NCBI GenBank assembly: GCA_000165345.1 | Contig: CM000435.1 | Coordinates: forward strand, 64,001-128,000 | Length of the DNA: 64,000 bases | Direction of reading: 5' to 3' | Shown: positions 1 through 10,388 of the stretch, in pieces | How positions within the stretch are numbered: position 1 is the first letter of the stretch | Layout: each line of letters begins with the position of its first letter | Notes under the pieces: generated by a model | The model's database searches: none | Seen by the model: only the letters and a program-made list of their open reading frames with translations | Told to the model about the DNA's origin: nothing | Position numbers and translations under genes: made by a program

Positions 1-424
1 TACCCATAAAGATATCCCAAATACAATCATGTGCGGAATTACTCCTCCCTTAGCCGAAAAGATATGTCCTCAGATGGAATCAGAGTCTGATTCAACTCTA
101 AACCCAGAATTCTTGAGTCCTCAGCAGCTCGCGAATATTTGTTTTGGGATACTTAAAGAAATTTCTCCAAAAGATCTCGAAATTGAGCTTTTGGACTTTT
201 ATGTCAAAAGCTGGAAAGATGACCCCTATTACTTAGGAAGCATTCCAATTCATTCCAGCAATAGTAAGGAGTCCAATATTAATCAATTAATCAAACCACA
301 TTTTGAGGGGCATTTGTATTTCGCAGGGGATGGAACTACTGTTGATGGATTTGGTTCTATTCAAGGAGCTCTTTTAAGTGCTAAAAGAGTGACTACCCAA
401 GTTTCCCAATTTCTATCTAATTAA
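1..424 (+). CDS. Flavin-containing amine oxidase family protein, C-terminal fragment (5' end lies outside window)
   Basis: Frame is open from position 2 through the stop at 422-424 (tracked ORF 29..424). The C-terminal motif YFAGDGTTVDGFGSIQGALLSAKR matches the conserved FAD-binding C-terminus of amine/polyamine oxidases. Partial gene. Confidence 0.5.
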   Translation, partial: THKDIPNTIMCGITPPLAEKICPQMESESDSTLNPEFLSPQQLANICFGILKEISPKDLEIELLDFYVKSWKDDPYYLGSIPIHSSNSKESNINQLIKPHFEGHLYFAGDGTTVDGFGSIQGALLSAKRVTTQVSQFLSN

Positions 425-780
425 TTAATTAACTGTTTCAACTTCTAATTATTGATCTCTTTTGGTCCTAAAACTAAAAATAGTAAGAATCCAACAAATA
501 AAAAGGATAATTCAGAAACCTTAGAACTTTATTGATCTATTATTTAATATTTAGTCAATAAATATACTTAAAGTCGAAAATATTGTCCAAATAGTATTTT
601 TGATGATTATCCAAAATAATTAAATATGAACTCCAAGTATAACTATGAACTTGGAAAGGCTTATCATTCAACTTTCCAAGGTTGCAAATTTGAATACAAT
701 AATTAATTAAGGTAATTTTTATTCTATATATAATTATATCGAGGTAAGCTTTAATTAACTCACAAAAATAGTATTCCGAA

Positions 781-1959
781 TCATAATACAGCTCCAACAG
801 TCGGCTTTGCATTTCTCTTATCGGAATCCCTCCTCCTTTTGTCAGAAGAAACACCTTTTGTTAAAGATCTACGACTAGCTCGATTGTTCTGCTGAACATT
901 TTCATCATTAATCATTTCATTAAACCTTGAATGTAAATTTCTTGGAGATGGAAGAACAACTCTGCTATCCCACATAACATATTTAGATCTATCAATATCA
1001 TCAAACCATGGATGTAAAAGAGCGTTTTTACAAGATATCCTTTTGTTTGGATTACAAACCAATAATTTGGATAGCAAATCAATTGCAGAAGCATCAGCTA
1101 GCTTACAAAGGTTTTTAAGATTTTCCTGTACATTGCACGTCCACACAGGGAAGTTCTTGTCAAAGTATTTGAGCTTACCAATCTCAGGCCAACTTTCCTC
1201 AGTTGGGGTTCCAAAATACCTAAAAATCCTCCAGACCATATCTATTTCGCATTCTCCTGGAAGAAGTGCGTGACCGCCTCTTAGTAGTTCTGCCATTATA
1301 CACCCAACAGACCAGACATCTACAGAAGGAGAATATTTATCAATCCCCAATAAGATTTCTGGAGCTCTATACCACATAGTAAGAACATCATGGGTATACT
1401 CTGGTATTGGTAGTCTGCAGGCCCTAGCAAGGCCAAAATCACCAATTTTAAGAACGCCATCCATTCCCATAAGTACGTTTTGTGGCTTCAAATCACGATG
1501 CATTATATTGTGAGAATGGCAATATGCCATGCCATTCAATAGCTGAAACATTAATTCTTTAGCCCATGCGGTATGTTCTGCTATTGGATTCTTTAAATCA
1601 GGATATCTATCCCTCAATTGCTGAGTGTGAACTTTACAGTGTTTTTTCAAATCATTTGCACAGAGCTCAAAAACTCCCATTAATAATGGAGAGCCATCTG
1701 TTGGCCTGCTATAATGAACCTCATATAAGTCAACTATATTTGGATGGTTTAAAGTACGTAATATATCCAACTCACGAATAGAAGTGGCAGGAACCCCTTC
1801 ATCCTCGTGCTCTTCAAGGTGAAATAGCTTTATTGCCACAAGGTGGGTGGGGTTGTTTTGGTCATAAGCTTTCACAACTCGCCCGTATGTTCCACTTCCT
1901 AAATCTTGCAAAACTACATAACTTGTTGTTTTTGATTTAATCACCGTAGTTTGTTGCAT
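781..1959 (-). CDS. Cyclin-dependent kinase-like Ser/Thr protein kinase (cdc2-related) with basic C-terminal tail
   Basis: 392-aa ORF with ATG at 1957-1959. Kinase motifs: GSGTYGRV glycine loop, VAIK, PSTAIRE-like PATSIRELDILR helix, HRDLKPQN, DFG, APE. A Lys/Arg-rich extension of about 60 aa follows the kinase domain. Confidence 0.85.
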   Translation of the reverse strand: MQQTTVIKSKTTSYVVLQDLGSGTYGRVVKAYDQNNPTHLVAIKLFHLEEHEDEGVPATSIRELDILRTLNHPNIVDLYEVHYSRPTDGSPLLMGVFELCANDLKKHCKVHTQQLRDRYPDLKNPIAEHTAWAKELMFQLLNGMAYCHSHNIMHRDLKPQNVLMGMDGVLKIGDFGLARACRLPIPEYTHDVLTMWYRAPEILLGIDKYSPSVDVWSVGCIMAELLRGGHALLPGECEIDMVWRIFRYFGTPTEESWPEIGKLKYFDKNFPVWTCNVQENLKNLCKLADASAIDLLSKLLVCNPNKRISCKNALLHPWFDDIDRSKYVMWDSRVVLPSPRNLHSRFNEMINDENVQQNNRASRRSLTKGVSSDKRRRDSDKRNAKPTVGAVL

Positions 1960-2994
1960 TTCTTCAAATTAAGTAATTAACCTTGTGATTTGTATTTTTC
2001 TTAAATTTAAACTCATATAAACTATTAAAAAAATTAATCTCTTCCTTCTGAGTAAGAGCCAAATGCCAATAAGTTAATCCTTTTCCTTATTTAGCCTGTC
2101 CACTTAATTTTGCCACAACATAAGCTTTCTCTTAATATGTAGAAGTTTTAGTATAGTTTGATTTCTTTTTTACCTATATTGCGAAAAAAAATAACAATTC
2201 ACACTGCCAGGAGGCGAACCAAAAACTCTTCTTCTGATAAATCCTCTTCCACTAATCAATATTTCACGTGGTGGTATCTGCCACATGTAAAAAAACATTA
2301 CTAACACACTCTGCACACCCCACATTGCCCGCCCAATTCTTGCATGCACCTCACAAATTAATGTCGATAATCATTTTAATGAATGTTTTAGCAAATTAAC
2401 AATTTATTGGAATTAATTATAGCCACTAAAAAATATTATTAAGTAAAATAGTTTAATCTAAATGAGAAATATGGCCTGAGATTTAAGTCTGTTCAACATT
2501 TATTCTGGAAAAAATTATTGTTGGATGTAGCAGAGTAAATGGTAGAACTTAAATCGAGTAATGAATATTTTCTAAGAAAGTGAAATTATATGGTATGACA
2601 TTTCGTGCACCATATTTCTATTTTCTGTTCTTGTTACATCTTCATATCTCGTTTTAAAATAATTTTTTCCCATTTTATTTCTTTATTATAGTCAAAACTA
2701 AGGCGGGCACGTGTGGGTTATGTAATTTTTGTTCCACTAGCATGGAGGGAAATAATTAAATTTTAGTGTGGAAACAAAAATTGTCACTTATGAAAGGAAG
2801 AATTTATTAATATATATTTTTTTTCCTTACTTAGAGTTATTGCACATTCTTCTTTATTTAATTAAATTAAAAGAGCTGAAAGATGCTGATGGTTTGACAG
2901 GTTTAAGTTTGCTAGCCATTAATTAACTTTTTTGAGTAAGAATAAGTTAGACGGAGTATAATTTAGCTTTTTTTTTGTTTACATTAAGAAAAAA

Positions 2995-4935
2995 ATGAGT
3001 CTAGAAAATACTCATTTAGCTGAGAGTTCTGTAGGGGAATTTTCTATTCTGAAATATGTAAAGAGCGAAACTCTGGTAAATTTGTGGTTAACAGCATATT
3101 TCGAGAAAAGAATTAAAAAGAAACAGCTGATGAGCATTAATATTGATGAAAGCGTTCAAGAAATCATCAAAATTACAAATTCGGAAAATCAATGGATCCC
3201 ACTGAGGATTTCATGTGGTTTATTAACGGGTGTAGTTAAACTTTTTTGCCATAAAGTTGAATATCTTGATAACAAATGTACAACAGTATTCACAAGAATG
3301 CAGAACTTCAGTAAAAACTTGCACAACAATCCAAATAATTTGAATTCTAGCAAGTTTATTAATAAGGAAGGATCAAATCCCAAAATAGATAGGCCTCAAA
3401 ATCATTCGAAACAACTAAAAAGTGTAATAGACATTGAGGATATAAATCTAACTCTGAATATAAATGAGAATTCAATAGAACAGTTGGAAATGGTTCCATT
3501 ATCCCAAGTAACTGAGAGGAGCGAGAATCAAAATTTGGAACTGACTTTGAGTCAAAGAAGCGACCAGAATCTTTATCAAGCAGGTTCAATGCCAATTTTA
3601 CTAGATATGGAATTTGATGATTTCATTAACAATGAAGAAAATGAAGATGCAGATGTAGAAATGATGATAGAAGATAGATTGATAGTCAATGAGTCAGGAG
3701 TAGAGATTGATTTGGAGGCAAATATAGAAAAACGCCGTGGTGCAAGTGTGGATTTTGGTGAAATCTTGGCTAATGGACTAGAGGAAATTGGCTCCATTGA
3801 AAGAGGAAAACTGTCCGAACATGGTAGTAATGGAGATTTACTAGATATTGATAATAGCCACGAATATAGAGGAAGTATTAATACATTTAGAGCATCTCCC
3901 ATTTCCGGCTCAAATAGAGATAGCATCGGAGGATTTTCAGCTGTTTTGGATACGCTTGAAGATTCTGGAAATAGATTGAGTATTTCAGGAATTACTGAAA
4001 GTATTTTGGACAAAAACTCAATATTAAACAATATTTCAGCTTTGAATCTTCCAGAAATATCAAAATCTGTCAAAGTTAGTGAAGCTTATAGCGGAAGAGT
4101 AGGAACAAAAAGAATGAAAGTAATCGAGATTGCTCAAGATATTGTACTTTCTTCTAGGCCATTGGAAAATAGAGATAAAAGTCTAAGTATTGCTTTCTCT
4201 AATAGTAAATCGGATGTAAAGATATTGAAAAATTTAATTAATTTAAGTAAGAATTCTGAAATGGGGGTTTTAGGCCTCAACAAGACACTTCCAATACGAC
4301 TTTCTGACGGATTCCTCATGAGTTTTATAAGTAATGAAGGACATAGAGTTAAAAATATCAAGAAAAAAACCATCCAGAAAAACAATAAGTCTTTATTTAT
4401 ATCTGAGTCTGTTAAAAGAACTTCAAATCCTTCAATAGAAGCATACTCTTCATTTGAAAGCCTTGAAGACCATGCTGAACAGGAAATCTATACAAATTCT
4501 GTTTACGAAGAACTAAATCCCGATGAAGAATTCCAAATTAATACTCCTGTAAGAGGCAAAAAGTCGCAATCTCAAGAAGACTTTGACGAAAAGGATGAAT
4601 TAACCTTTACTCCTTGGACAAATTATTTTGGTACTGCGCAAAGAAATATTATAAACTTATCCCCAAATACTTACTATGATGATGAGAAAAAAATTCAATC
4701 GCTATTTTCATCAAGAGAGGTAAAAACAATGGAATATTTAAATTCTAAGTTTTCAAAAAGTGATAACCTAACTTTTGATGAACTTGTAAAAGGTAGCGAC
4801 GCTTCTGTAGTTGCTCCCATTTTCGTCCAAATACTACATTTAAAGTCAAAGTCTATGATAGATATTCAACAAGAAGAACCATTTGGTAAGATTAGTATTT
4901 TCCCAGTAGTAAATAATGCACATAAAATAATGTAA
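2995..4935 (+). CDS. RAD21: Rad21/Scc1/Rec8-family kleisin (cohesin subunit)
   Basis: 646-aa ORF with ATG at 2995. N-terminus LWLTAYFEKRIKKKQL...IPLRISCGLLTGVVKLFCHKVEYLDNKCTTVF matches the Rad21/Rec8 N-terminal domain. C-terminus FDELVKGSDASVVAPIFVQILHLKSKSMIDIQQEEPFGKISI matches the Rad21/Rec8 C-terminal winged helix. The middle is low-complexity Ser/Asn/Glu-rich, as is typical of kleisins. Confidence 0.7.
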   Translation: MSLENTHLAESSVGEFSILKYVKSETLVNLWLTAYFEKRIKKKQLMSINIDESVQEIIKITNSENQWIPLRISCGLLTGVVKLFCHKVEYLDNKCTTVFTRMQNFSKNLHNNPNNLNSSKFINKEGSNPKIDRPQNHSKQLKSVIDIEDINLTLNINENSIEQLEMVPLSQVTERSENQNLELTLSQRSDQNLYQAGSMPILLDMEFDDFINNEENEDADVEMMIEDRLIVNESGVEIDLEANIEKRRGASVDFGEILANGLEEIGSIERGKLSEHGSNGDLLDIDNSHEYRGSINTFRASPISGSNRDSIGGFSAVLDTLEDSGNRLSISGITESILDKNSILNNISALNLPEISKSVKVSEAYSGRVGTKRMKVIEIAQDIVLSSRPLENRDKSLSIAFSNSKSDVKILKNLINLSKNSEMGVLGLNKTLPIRLSDGFLMSFISNEGHRVKNIKKKTIQKNNKSLFISESVKRTSNPSIEAYSSFESLEDHAEQEIYTNSVYEELNPDEEFQINTPVRGKKSQSQEDFDEKDELTFTPWTNYFGTAQRNIINLSPNTYYDDEKKIQSLFSSREVKTMEYLNSKFSKSDNLTFDELVKGSDASVVAPIFVQILHLKSKSMIDIQQEEPFGKISIFPVVNNAHKIM

Positions 4936-5094
4936 TTAGCTCACAAAATATTATAGTAGACAATATTTTATAAGTTATGAAAAGTTTTAATAGCATGTCT
5001 AGTTATATTATTTTCAAAAAAAAAAAAAAACGCCGTTTTTACATTTCATTTTAACTTTTTTAATCATTCAATTTATATTTTGCCGGTATGCTTT

Positions 5095-5171
5095 ACTGCG
5101 CATGCATATTATTTAAAAAAATATTTACTACATGCGCATGTATGTGGACAGGTCAAAAAGTTGCATGCAAC
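5095..5171. promoter_or_regulatory. Cluster of GCATGC-type motifs (GCGCATGCATA, CATGCGCATGTATGTGGAC, TTGCATGCAAC) upstream of the LCCL gene
   Basis: Three GCATG(C) copies within 80 nt, 70-140 nt upstream of the ATG at 5239. Similar clusters at 12356-12437, 23695-23715, 30147-30425, 47325-47340 and 62467-62545, all 5' of genes. Confidence 0.55.
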
Positions 5172-5238
5172 AAATTTCTTAAAAAAACTTAATTAGAGCA
5201 GATTAGTAAAAAAGAGTAGGGAGTATTTTCTAGAAAAT

Positions 5239-8200
5239 ATGAAGAAAACAAGGTTAGATTGGTTGATTGCCTTTTTTCTATTTTTTGGGGTATCATTAAT
5301 AGAGGGTAAGAACGATGGAGGTATATTAGAATCAATCTTAGGAACAACTTTGAAGGAATTAGAGAAATCCATAATTGATACTCAGGATTTGGGAGAATCT
5401 AATGATACAAAGAAGTTGAACGAAACTCAAATATTAAGTGATGCATATGAAGCAAATATCAATAAAGATAGAGATAATGTGCCAGCAGCAACATCTTCAC
5501 TATCTAAAGCTTATAATCCATTAAAACTTGGAGAATTATTTATAGTACCATTAACTTCAGCAATAGCTGATAATTATTATCATAGTTATGGTCCAGATGG
5601 AAGAGATTTATTTTTACCAGAAAATGGTATCAGAAGAGGAATAAATCATTGGCTATCAGATGGAAATTCAATAAAGAAGGATATAGTTTACTTTACAGGA
5701 ATTCTTTCTGAGCCCAGAACAGTTTCAGGGATTGTAATTAACTGGGCTTCTTCTCCAGGAGAAGTTCGTATTGATGTTTCAAAAGATGGATATACCTTTG
5801 AGCAGGCAGTAGATTGGACTACAAATAGATTACCATCGAAAGAATTTGAGCAAAAGCTATATTTCAAAGAAAAGCCAATTCGTATTAGTAGAGTTAGAAT
5901 CGGGATGAGAAACCCAATTCACACCTTCTTCGGAATTAATTTCACAGGTTTGTTAGTTGTTGGTGCTCCAATTGTTCAATTAACAAGTGGTATAACATCA
6001 ATGACGGAAGAATTCTGTTGGCAAATTGAAAATGGTGATATTTATTCAAAGGGTGCAGAGCTCGTATTAGGAAGTTGTATTGAAGCTGTGGCATCTGGAG
6101 ATAGTAGAGAAATCTTTGAATTCAATAGTAAGGGTCAATTATTTAACCCAGTAAGTAAGTTGTGTGTACGACTTAAAGACAATGTTGTAGGTGGAGGAGC
6201 TCTGGTTTTGGATGATTGTCGTAAAGCTAGTGATGGAAGTGGATTATTCGAATTAATGCCAAACAATCAGCTCAGATTAGCTAGAGGTGGAAATCTATGC
6301 TTAACAAGTCCAGGAGATAAGCCAGGAGTCGCGAATGTTGCATTAAACTCAGCAGCCAGTTCCACAAGTGTGGTTAGAACAGGTATTGAGAATGGTCCAG
6401 CAATGGCTGTTGATGGAAAGGATACATCATATTGGTTGTCAGATTCTTTAACTCCTGGTAAAGATTCTGCAAATGTTAACTTTTTGATTGATACCGGTTC
6501 AGTTACAAAACTTAAAGATATCTTTATTGAGTGGAAATATCCTGCCATTGACTTTAATATTGATTTAAGTGAAAATGGAAAGGAATATCAAACCCAAGTT
6601 TCTGTGAATAATAATGGATTAATGTCAACCACTTATTCATTAGAAGGAAAGAAAGCAAGATATGTCAAAATTCAAATGACAATTCCAAGCCAAGATGAGA
6701 CAGGGAAATATGTGTATGGTATCAAACAGGTGAGAATATTCAGTAATACTATGAGAAGTGCTGTTGAGGATTGTAGTAGTGTTAAACAACATAATGATGG
6801 TAGAGACAAAATATTCCCACTCCCATATAATGGTGATAATTTTGCACCCGGATTATTGTTAAAGGCTCACGGAATTAGTGTAAAGAATAGATTAAATGAA
6901 TTACAAGAGCTTTCTGGTAAGGTAACTTCAATATTACCAAATTTGGATGCATGTAGAAAGACTTCTGATGGAAGAGATAACACATTAAAGATGCAGGCAA
7001 CCAAATTAGGATTTTTGTCAGAAAAATTGGAGAAATTAACTTCCGACTATAATCTCGAGTATAAGTTTACGAAGCCAGCTTTAGGAGGTTCCGAGTTATA
7101 TCCAGGGGAAGATTGTGTTGCTATTAAGAATGATAAGACTCAGGAAGCCATTAGTGGTTTTTATTATGTTAGACCATTCTGTTCAACCAAACCATTGAGA
7201 GTTTACTGTGATATGAACACTGGAAATACAATCTATCCAATGGAAATGAGTGTTCATTCTTCCAGAGCAGCTTCTTCAGCATGTGCAACTGTTGGATTAA
7301 AACCATTATTGTTAAGGGACAAAAAGGAATCTGTTGTAGGTATTAAGAAGATGTTGAATATGATGAATATTAATGATAATAGAAGAGTTATTCCTTTGAC
7401 TCACGACTTTGGTTGTGATAATCCTAAAGGATGCAATTCACAATTTACACAGTTAGGCAGTGGTGTTGAAGAATTTGTTGCTGCATCTCCTCAGGCAGCA
7501 GCTTCAAACTCTACATCTGGAGCACTTCCAGAACTGGTTCTTTGCAGTACAAATACCAATTTGAAGCATGAAAGCAATGCAATTTCCTTGTCTTGTGAAA
7601 GCAGATTCTCTGATATGAAGGTATTTAAATCATCTCCTCTCTTAACTTCAATTCTAGTCAAGTGTCCAACGTCATGCAATCCAGAAAATGGAGGAGTCGT
7701 AATAGGTTCTGATGTATACAGAGATGATAGCAGCATTTGTTTGGCAGCAATGCATGCTAATACTCTCAATAGATCAACTGGACTTGCTCAAATTACTCCA
7801 ATTGAAGGGTTGGAAAGCTATGGAGCATCCATTAAAAATGGTATTTCTAGTGTTGCTTATACTGGAAAGCGTTGGAAGAAGAGTTTCGTAACTTCCAAAT
7901 ACGAAGGATTATGTCCAAGTGATAGTAGTCTTTCAATGTTAATTTCATTTGTAGAATTGGAAAATAAAGGAAATGAAAATGTTAACATTACCAGCAACTA
8001 TACAATGCCTCAAGCAAAATCTCTTGGAATGGGAGTAGCTGTGGATACTTTTGAAGCAATCAATATGATGGAACGTTATATGGATAACATTGGTGGTATT
8101 ACTTATTCTCCAGCAATGAAAGAGTCTATTGGTGGTAGCCAAGTTTTGGTTTCAAAGGTTAGAAGTCAGTTAAAACCAACTCAAATTATGGATTACCATA

Positions 8201-10263
8201 CAAGAACTTCAGCTGATGATATGTTGGTAAGATTGCATACTGTCTCAAGTGTATTATACTATCATATGGAAGAAATCTTGGAGACAATTGTAGAACAGGA
8301 AGATCTATTAAACAAAGTTCGTGAACTGAAATCAACTCAAACAGGATTTGACAGCTTTAAGATGCCAATTAGTGATTTTATTCAGTTTGGTAAGATCTTC
8401 GAATCTTGGGATACTCCAGGATTAGTTAATGGAGTTGGAAACTGGAGAATTCTTTATGAACCAATTGGTGGAGGAGGAAGAAGTGGAGTTTTGGGTCAGA
8501 CAAGTTCAGTTGGTCCAAATCTCCCTGATAGAACTGTAGCTATTGGATCCTTCTCAAGAATCAAGTATAAGAAATTCTATGATATTGATTATCATGTGGA
8601 TGTTTATGTTGATAGTTACGAAGGTTCTTTTGGTTTAGCATTCAGAATGCAAAACTTCGAGAGATACTATCTTTTAGAGATTAATCAGAATAAAAATGGT
8701 GGATTTAAGAGACTGATTAGAGTTATGGATGGGCAGAAGAGTATATTATCCACTAAGTATGATGGTGGATATGTTACAGGTTCATGGCACCATGTCAGAA
8801 TTCTTTTAACTGGCTCAAGAATTCAGATCTGGGTAGGAACCGAAGCTAACTCAGTACAAGGAGAAAATAAGAAATACTCAAGTCCAGTTAAAGTTTTCGA
8901 TCTATATGACAGTACATTATTGTCAGGGTCTGTTGGATTCTTCTCGAGTGGAATTAAAGGAGGAGGAGTATACTTTGATAATATTAATATTGAAGCTAAA
9001 CCATGTACACAACCAACAATAATATCATCATTACTAAGGCCAAGCGCACCTCCAACAGCTCCAGTTTGTAGCAGCTACAAGTCTGGCTCCTTTGGAGGAG
9101 TACATAATGAATTTATGTTTGTAGATCCAGAATTGTCCAATGATGGTCCTTCAAACTGGGAGTTCCGTTCAAATGTTGGAGGATTACAAACCAGATCATT
9201 GATCCAAACTAGTAATATTCACAGTATTAGCTCTGATAATATTGGTACTCATGCCATTTTGGGTGGAAATCGTCAATGTAACTCTGGAGTATTTGAATAT
9301 TCATTCTTCCCACAATGTCCAAATGGTATTATTGGTGGAATTATTCACTATGAATCAGAGTCAAACTATGTAATCTTTGAAATGGGATCATATTATTCCA
9401 GAATCAGAGCTATCAAGGATGGTGTAATTAAGACTATAGCATCTAATGTATTTGTTGGATACCAGGTTGGAGTTTGGAATAATATTGAAATCCAATTTGG
9501 TACTCTTGGAACAAAGATCCTTGCAAGTACCAATAACTATGGTAAGACACAATTATTGTACTCTGGTTCTCCATTGGGTATCCATGATGGTTCTGTTGGT
9601 CTCTCATCTTTCAGATGTCCAGGTGTTGCTTTCCAGACTATACAATTGAAGCCTTTGTCAACAATGAAAAGTATCTCAGGTTTATTTGTTGAAAAAGATT
9701 CATCATCAAATACAAAAGAAGAAACCAAGACTCAGGATGGAAAGAATCTTACTACTACTACTTCTGAATTCAATTTGGATAGTGAAATGACTTGTCAAGC
9801 TGATCACACTACTTTGAGAAAGAAGGACTGTGAGAAGCTTTCAGGGGGAAAACAATGTGAGACAAATTATTGTTCATACTGTTGTGAAAATAGTGCAAAT
9901 AGAACAACAAAAGAACAATTAAAGTGTAAGCAGGAATGCCACAAAAAAGATGTTATGGATGAGCAGAGCAAAAAGGTATTAAAGAAACTTGGAGATTGTC
10001 ACAGTGAAGATGCTATCAAATTATATTCTGATAAGTGTAATTTCACTGAAAGAAAAGGTCAATTCAGCATTAGTATGCTCAATGATGAATGGACTAAACA
10101 ATTCGTATGCTTTGTAGATATGTGTCAGATGTGTTGCAATACTCAGCCTATGGATGGAGTCACAGAAGATTCCAAAGCTGACGAGGCATCACTATCAGAA
10201 TGTTACTTACAATGTATTTTACAAGATTATAAAACAATGTCAATATCTAAAAGCAGGAAATAA
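5239..10263 (+). CDS. LCCL-domain multi-adhesive-domain secreted protein (apicomplexan CCp/LAP family; ricin-B, discoidin, NEC/fibrinogen-like and LCCL modules)
   Basis: 1674-aa ORF with ATG at 5239. Signal peptide MKKTRLDWLIAFFLFFGVSLIEG. LCCL signature CPTSCNPENGGVVIGSDVYRDDSSICLAAMHANTL. Ricin-B-like beta-trefoil repeats with paired Cys (CWQIENGD..LGSC, LCVRLKD..LDDC, LCLTSPGDKPG). Discoidin/F5-8-type-C-like blocks. NEC/fibrinogen-like motif FCSTKPLRVYCDMNTGNTIYP. LamG/pentraxin-like jelly-roll segment. Cys-rich C-terminal tail (CQMCCNTQP, CSYCCENS). Confidence 0.8.
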   Translation: MKKTRLDWLIAFFLFFGVSLIEGKNDGGILESILGTTLKELEKSIIDTQDLGESNDTKKLNETQILSDAYEANINKDRDNVPAATSSLSKAYNPLKLGELFIVPLTSAIADNYYHSYGPDGRDLFLPENGIRRGINHWLSDGNSIKKDIVYFTGILSEPRTVSGIVINWASSPGEVRIDVSKDGYTFEQAVDWTTNRLPSKEFEQKLYFKEKPIRISRVRIGMRNPIHTFFGINFTGLLVVGAPIVQLTSGITSMTEEFCWQIENGDIYSKGAELVLGSCIEAVASGDSREIFEFNSKGQLFNPVSKLCVRLKDNVVGGGALVLDDCRKASDGSGLFELMPNNQLRLARGGNLCLTSPGDKPGVANVALNSAASSTSVVRTGIENGPAMAVDGKDTSYWLSDSLTPGKDSANVNFLIDTGSVTKLKDIFIEWKYPAIDFNIDLSENGKEYQTQVSVNNNGLMSTTYSLEGKKARYVKIQMTIPSQDETGKYVYGIKQVRIFSNTMRSAVEDCSSVKQHNDGRDKIFPLPYNGDNFAPGLLLKAHGISVKNRLNELQELSGKVTSILPNLDACRKTSDGRDNTLKMQATKLGFLSEKLEKLTSDYNLEYKFTKPALGGSELYPGEDCVAIKNDKTQEAISGFYYVRPFCSTKPLRVYCDMNTGNTIYPMEMSVHSSRAASSACATVGLKPLLLRDKKESVVGIKKMLNMMNINDNRRVIPLTHDFGCDNPKGCNSQFTQLGSGVEEFVAASPQAAASNSTSGALPELVLCSTNTNLKHESNAISLSCESRFSDMKVFKSSPLLTSILVKCPTSCNPENGGVVIGSDVYRDDSSICLAAMHANTLNRSTGLAQITPIEGLESYGASIKNGISSVAYTGKRWKKSFVTSKYEGLCPSDSSLSMLISFVELENKGNENVNITSNYTMPQAKSLGMGVAVDTFEAINMMERYMDNIGGITYSPAMKESIGGSQVLVSKVRSQLKPTQIMDYHTRTSADDMLVRLHTVSSVLYYHMEEILETIVEQEDLLNKVRELKSTQTGFDSFKMPISDFIQFGKIFESWDTPGLVNGVGNWRILYEPIGGGGRSGVLGQTSSVGPNLPDRTVAIGSFSRIKYKKFYDIDYHVDVYVDSYEGSFGLAFRMQNFERYYLLEINQNKNGGFKRLIRVMDGQKSILSTKYDGGYVTGSWHHVRILLTGSRIQIWVGTEANSVQGENKKYSSPVKVFDLYDSTLLSGSVGFFSSGIKGGGVYFDNINIEAKPCTQPTIISSLLRPSAPPTAPVCSSYKSGSFGGVHNEFMFVDPELSNDGPSNWEFRSNVGGLQTRSLIQTSNIHSISSDNIGTHAILGGNRQCNSGVFEYSFFPQCPNGIIGGIIHYESESNYVIFEMGSYYSRIRAIKDGVIKTIASNVFVGYQVGVWNNIEIQFGTLGTKILASTNNYGKTQLLYSGSPLGIHDGSVGLSSFRCPGVAFQTIQLKPLSTMKSISGLFVEKDSSSNTKEETKTQDGKNLTTTTSEFNLDSEMTCQADHTTLRKKDCEKLSGGKQCETNYCSYCCENSANRTTKEQLKCKQECHKKDVMDEQSKKVLKKLGDCHSEDAIKLYSDKCNFTERKGQFSISMLNDEWTKQFVCFVDMCQMCCNTQPMDGVTEDSKADEASLSECYLQCILQDYKTMSISKSRK

Positions 10264-10299
10264 ACAAATTAATTTTATATAAAATATAACTTTCAATAA

Positions 10300-10330
<31 letters not shown>

Positions 10331-10388
10331 AATAAAGAATGAGAAGACAAAAAGGAGGAAGTTCTGAAATAGAAAATCTCCAAAAACC

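Noticed and set aside
3189-4385. Minus-strand ORFs (64-165 aa, Ser/Ile-rich) inside the Rad21 gene
   Set aside because: Antisense to the low-complexity middle of the kleisin gene. No conserved motifs.
6267-8142. Three short minus-strand ORFs inside the LCCL gene
   Set aside because: Antisense to a domain-rich CDS with clear signal peptide and conserved modules. No independent evidence.
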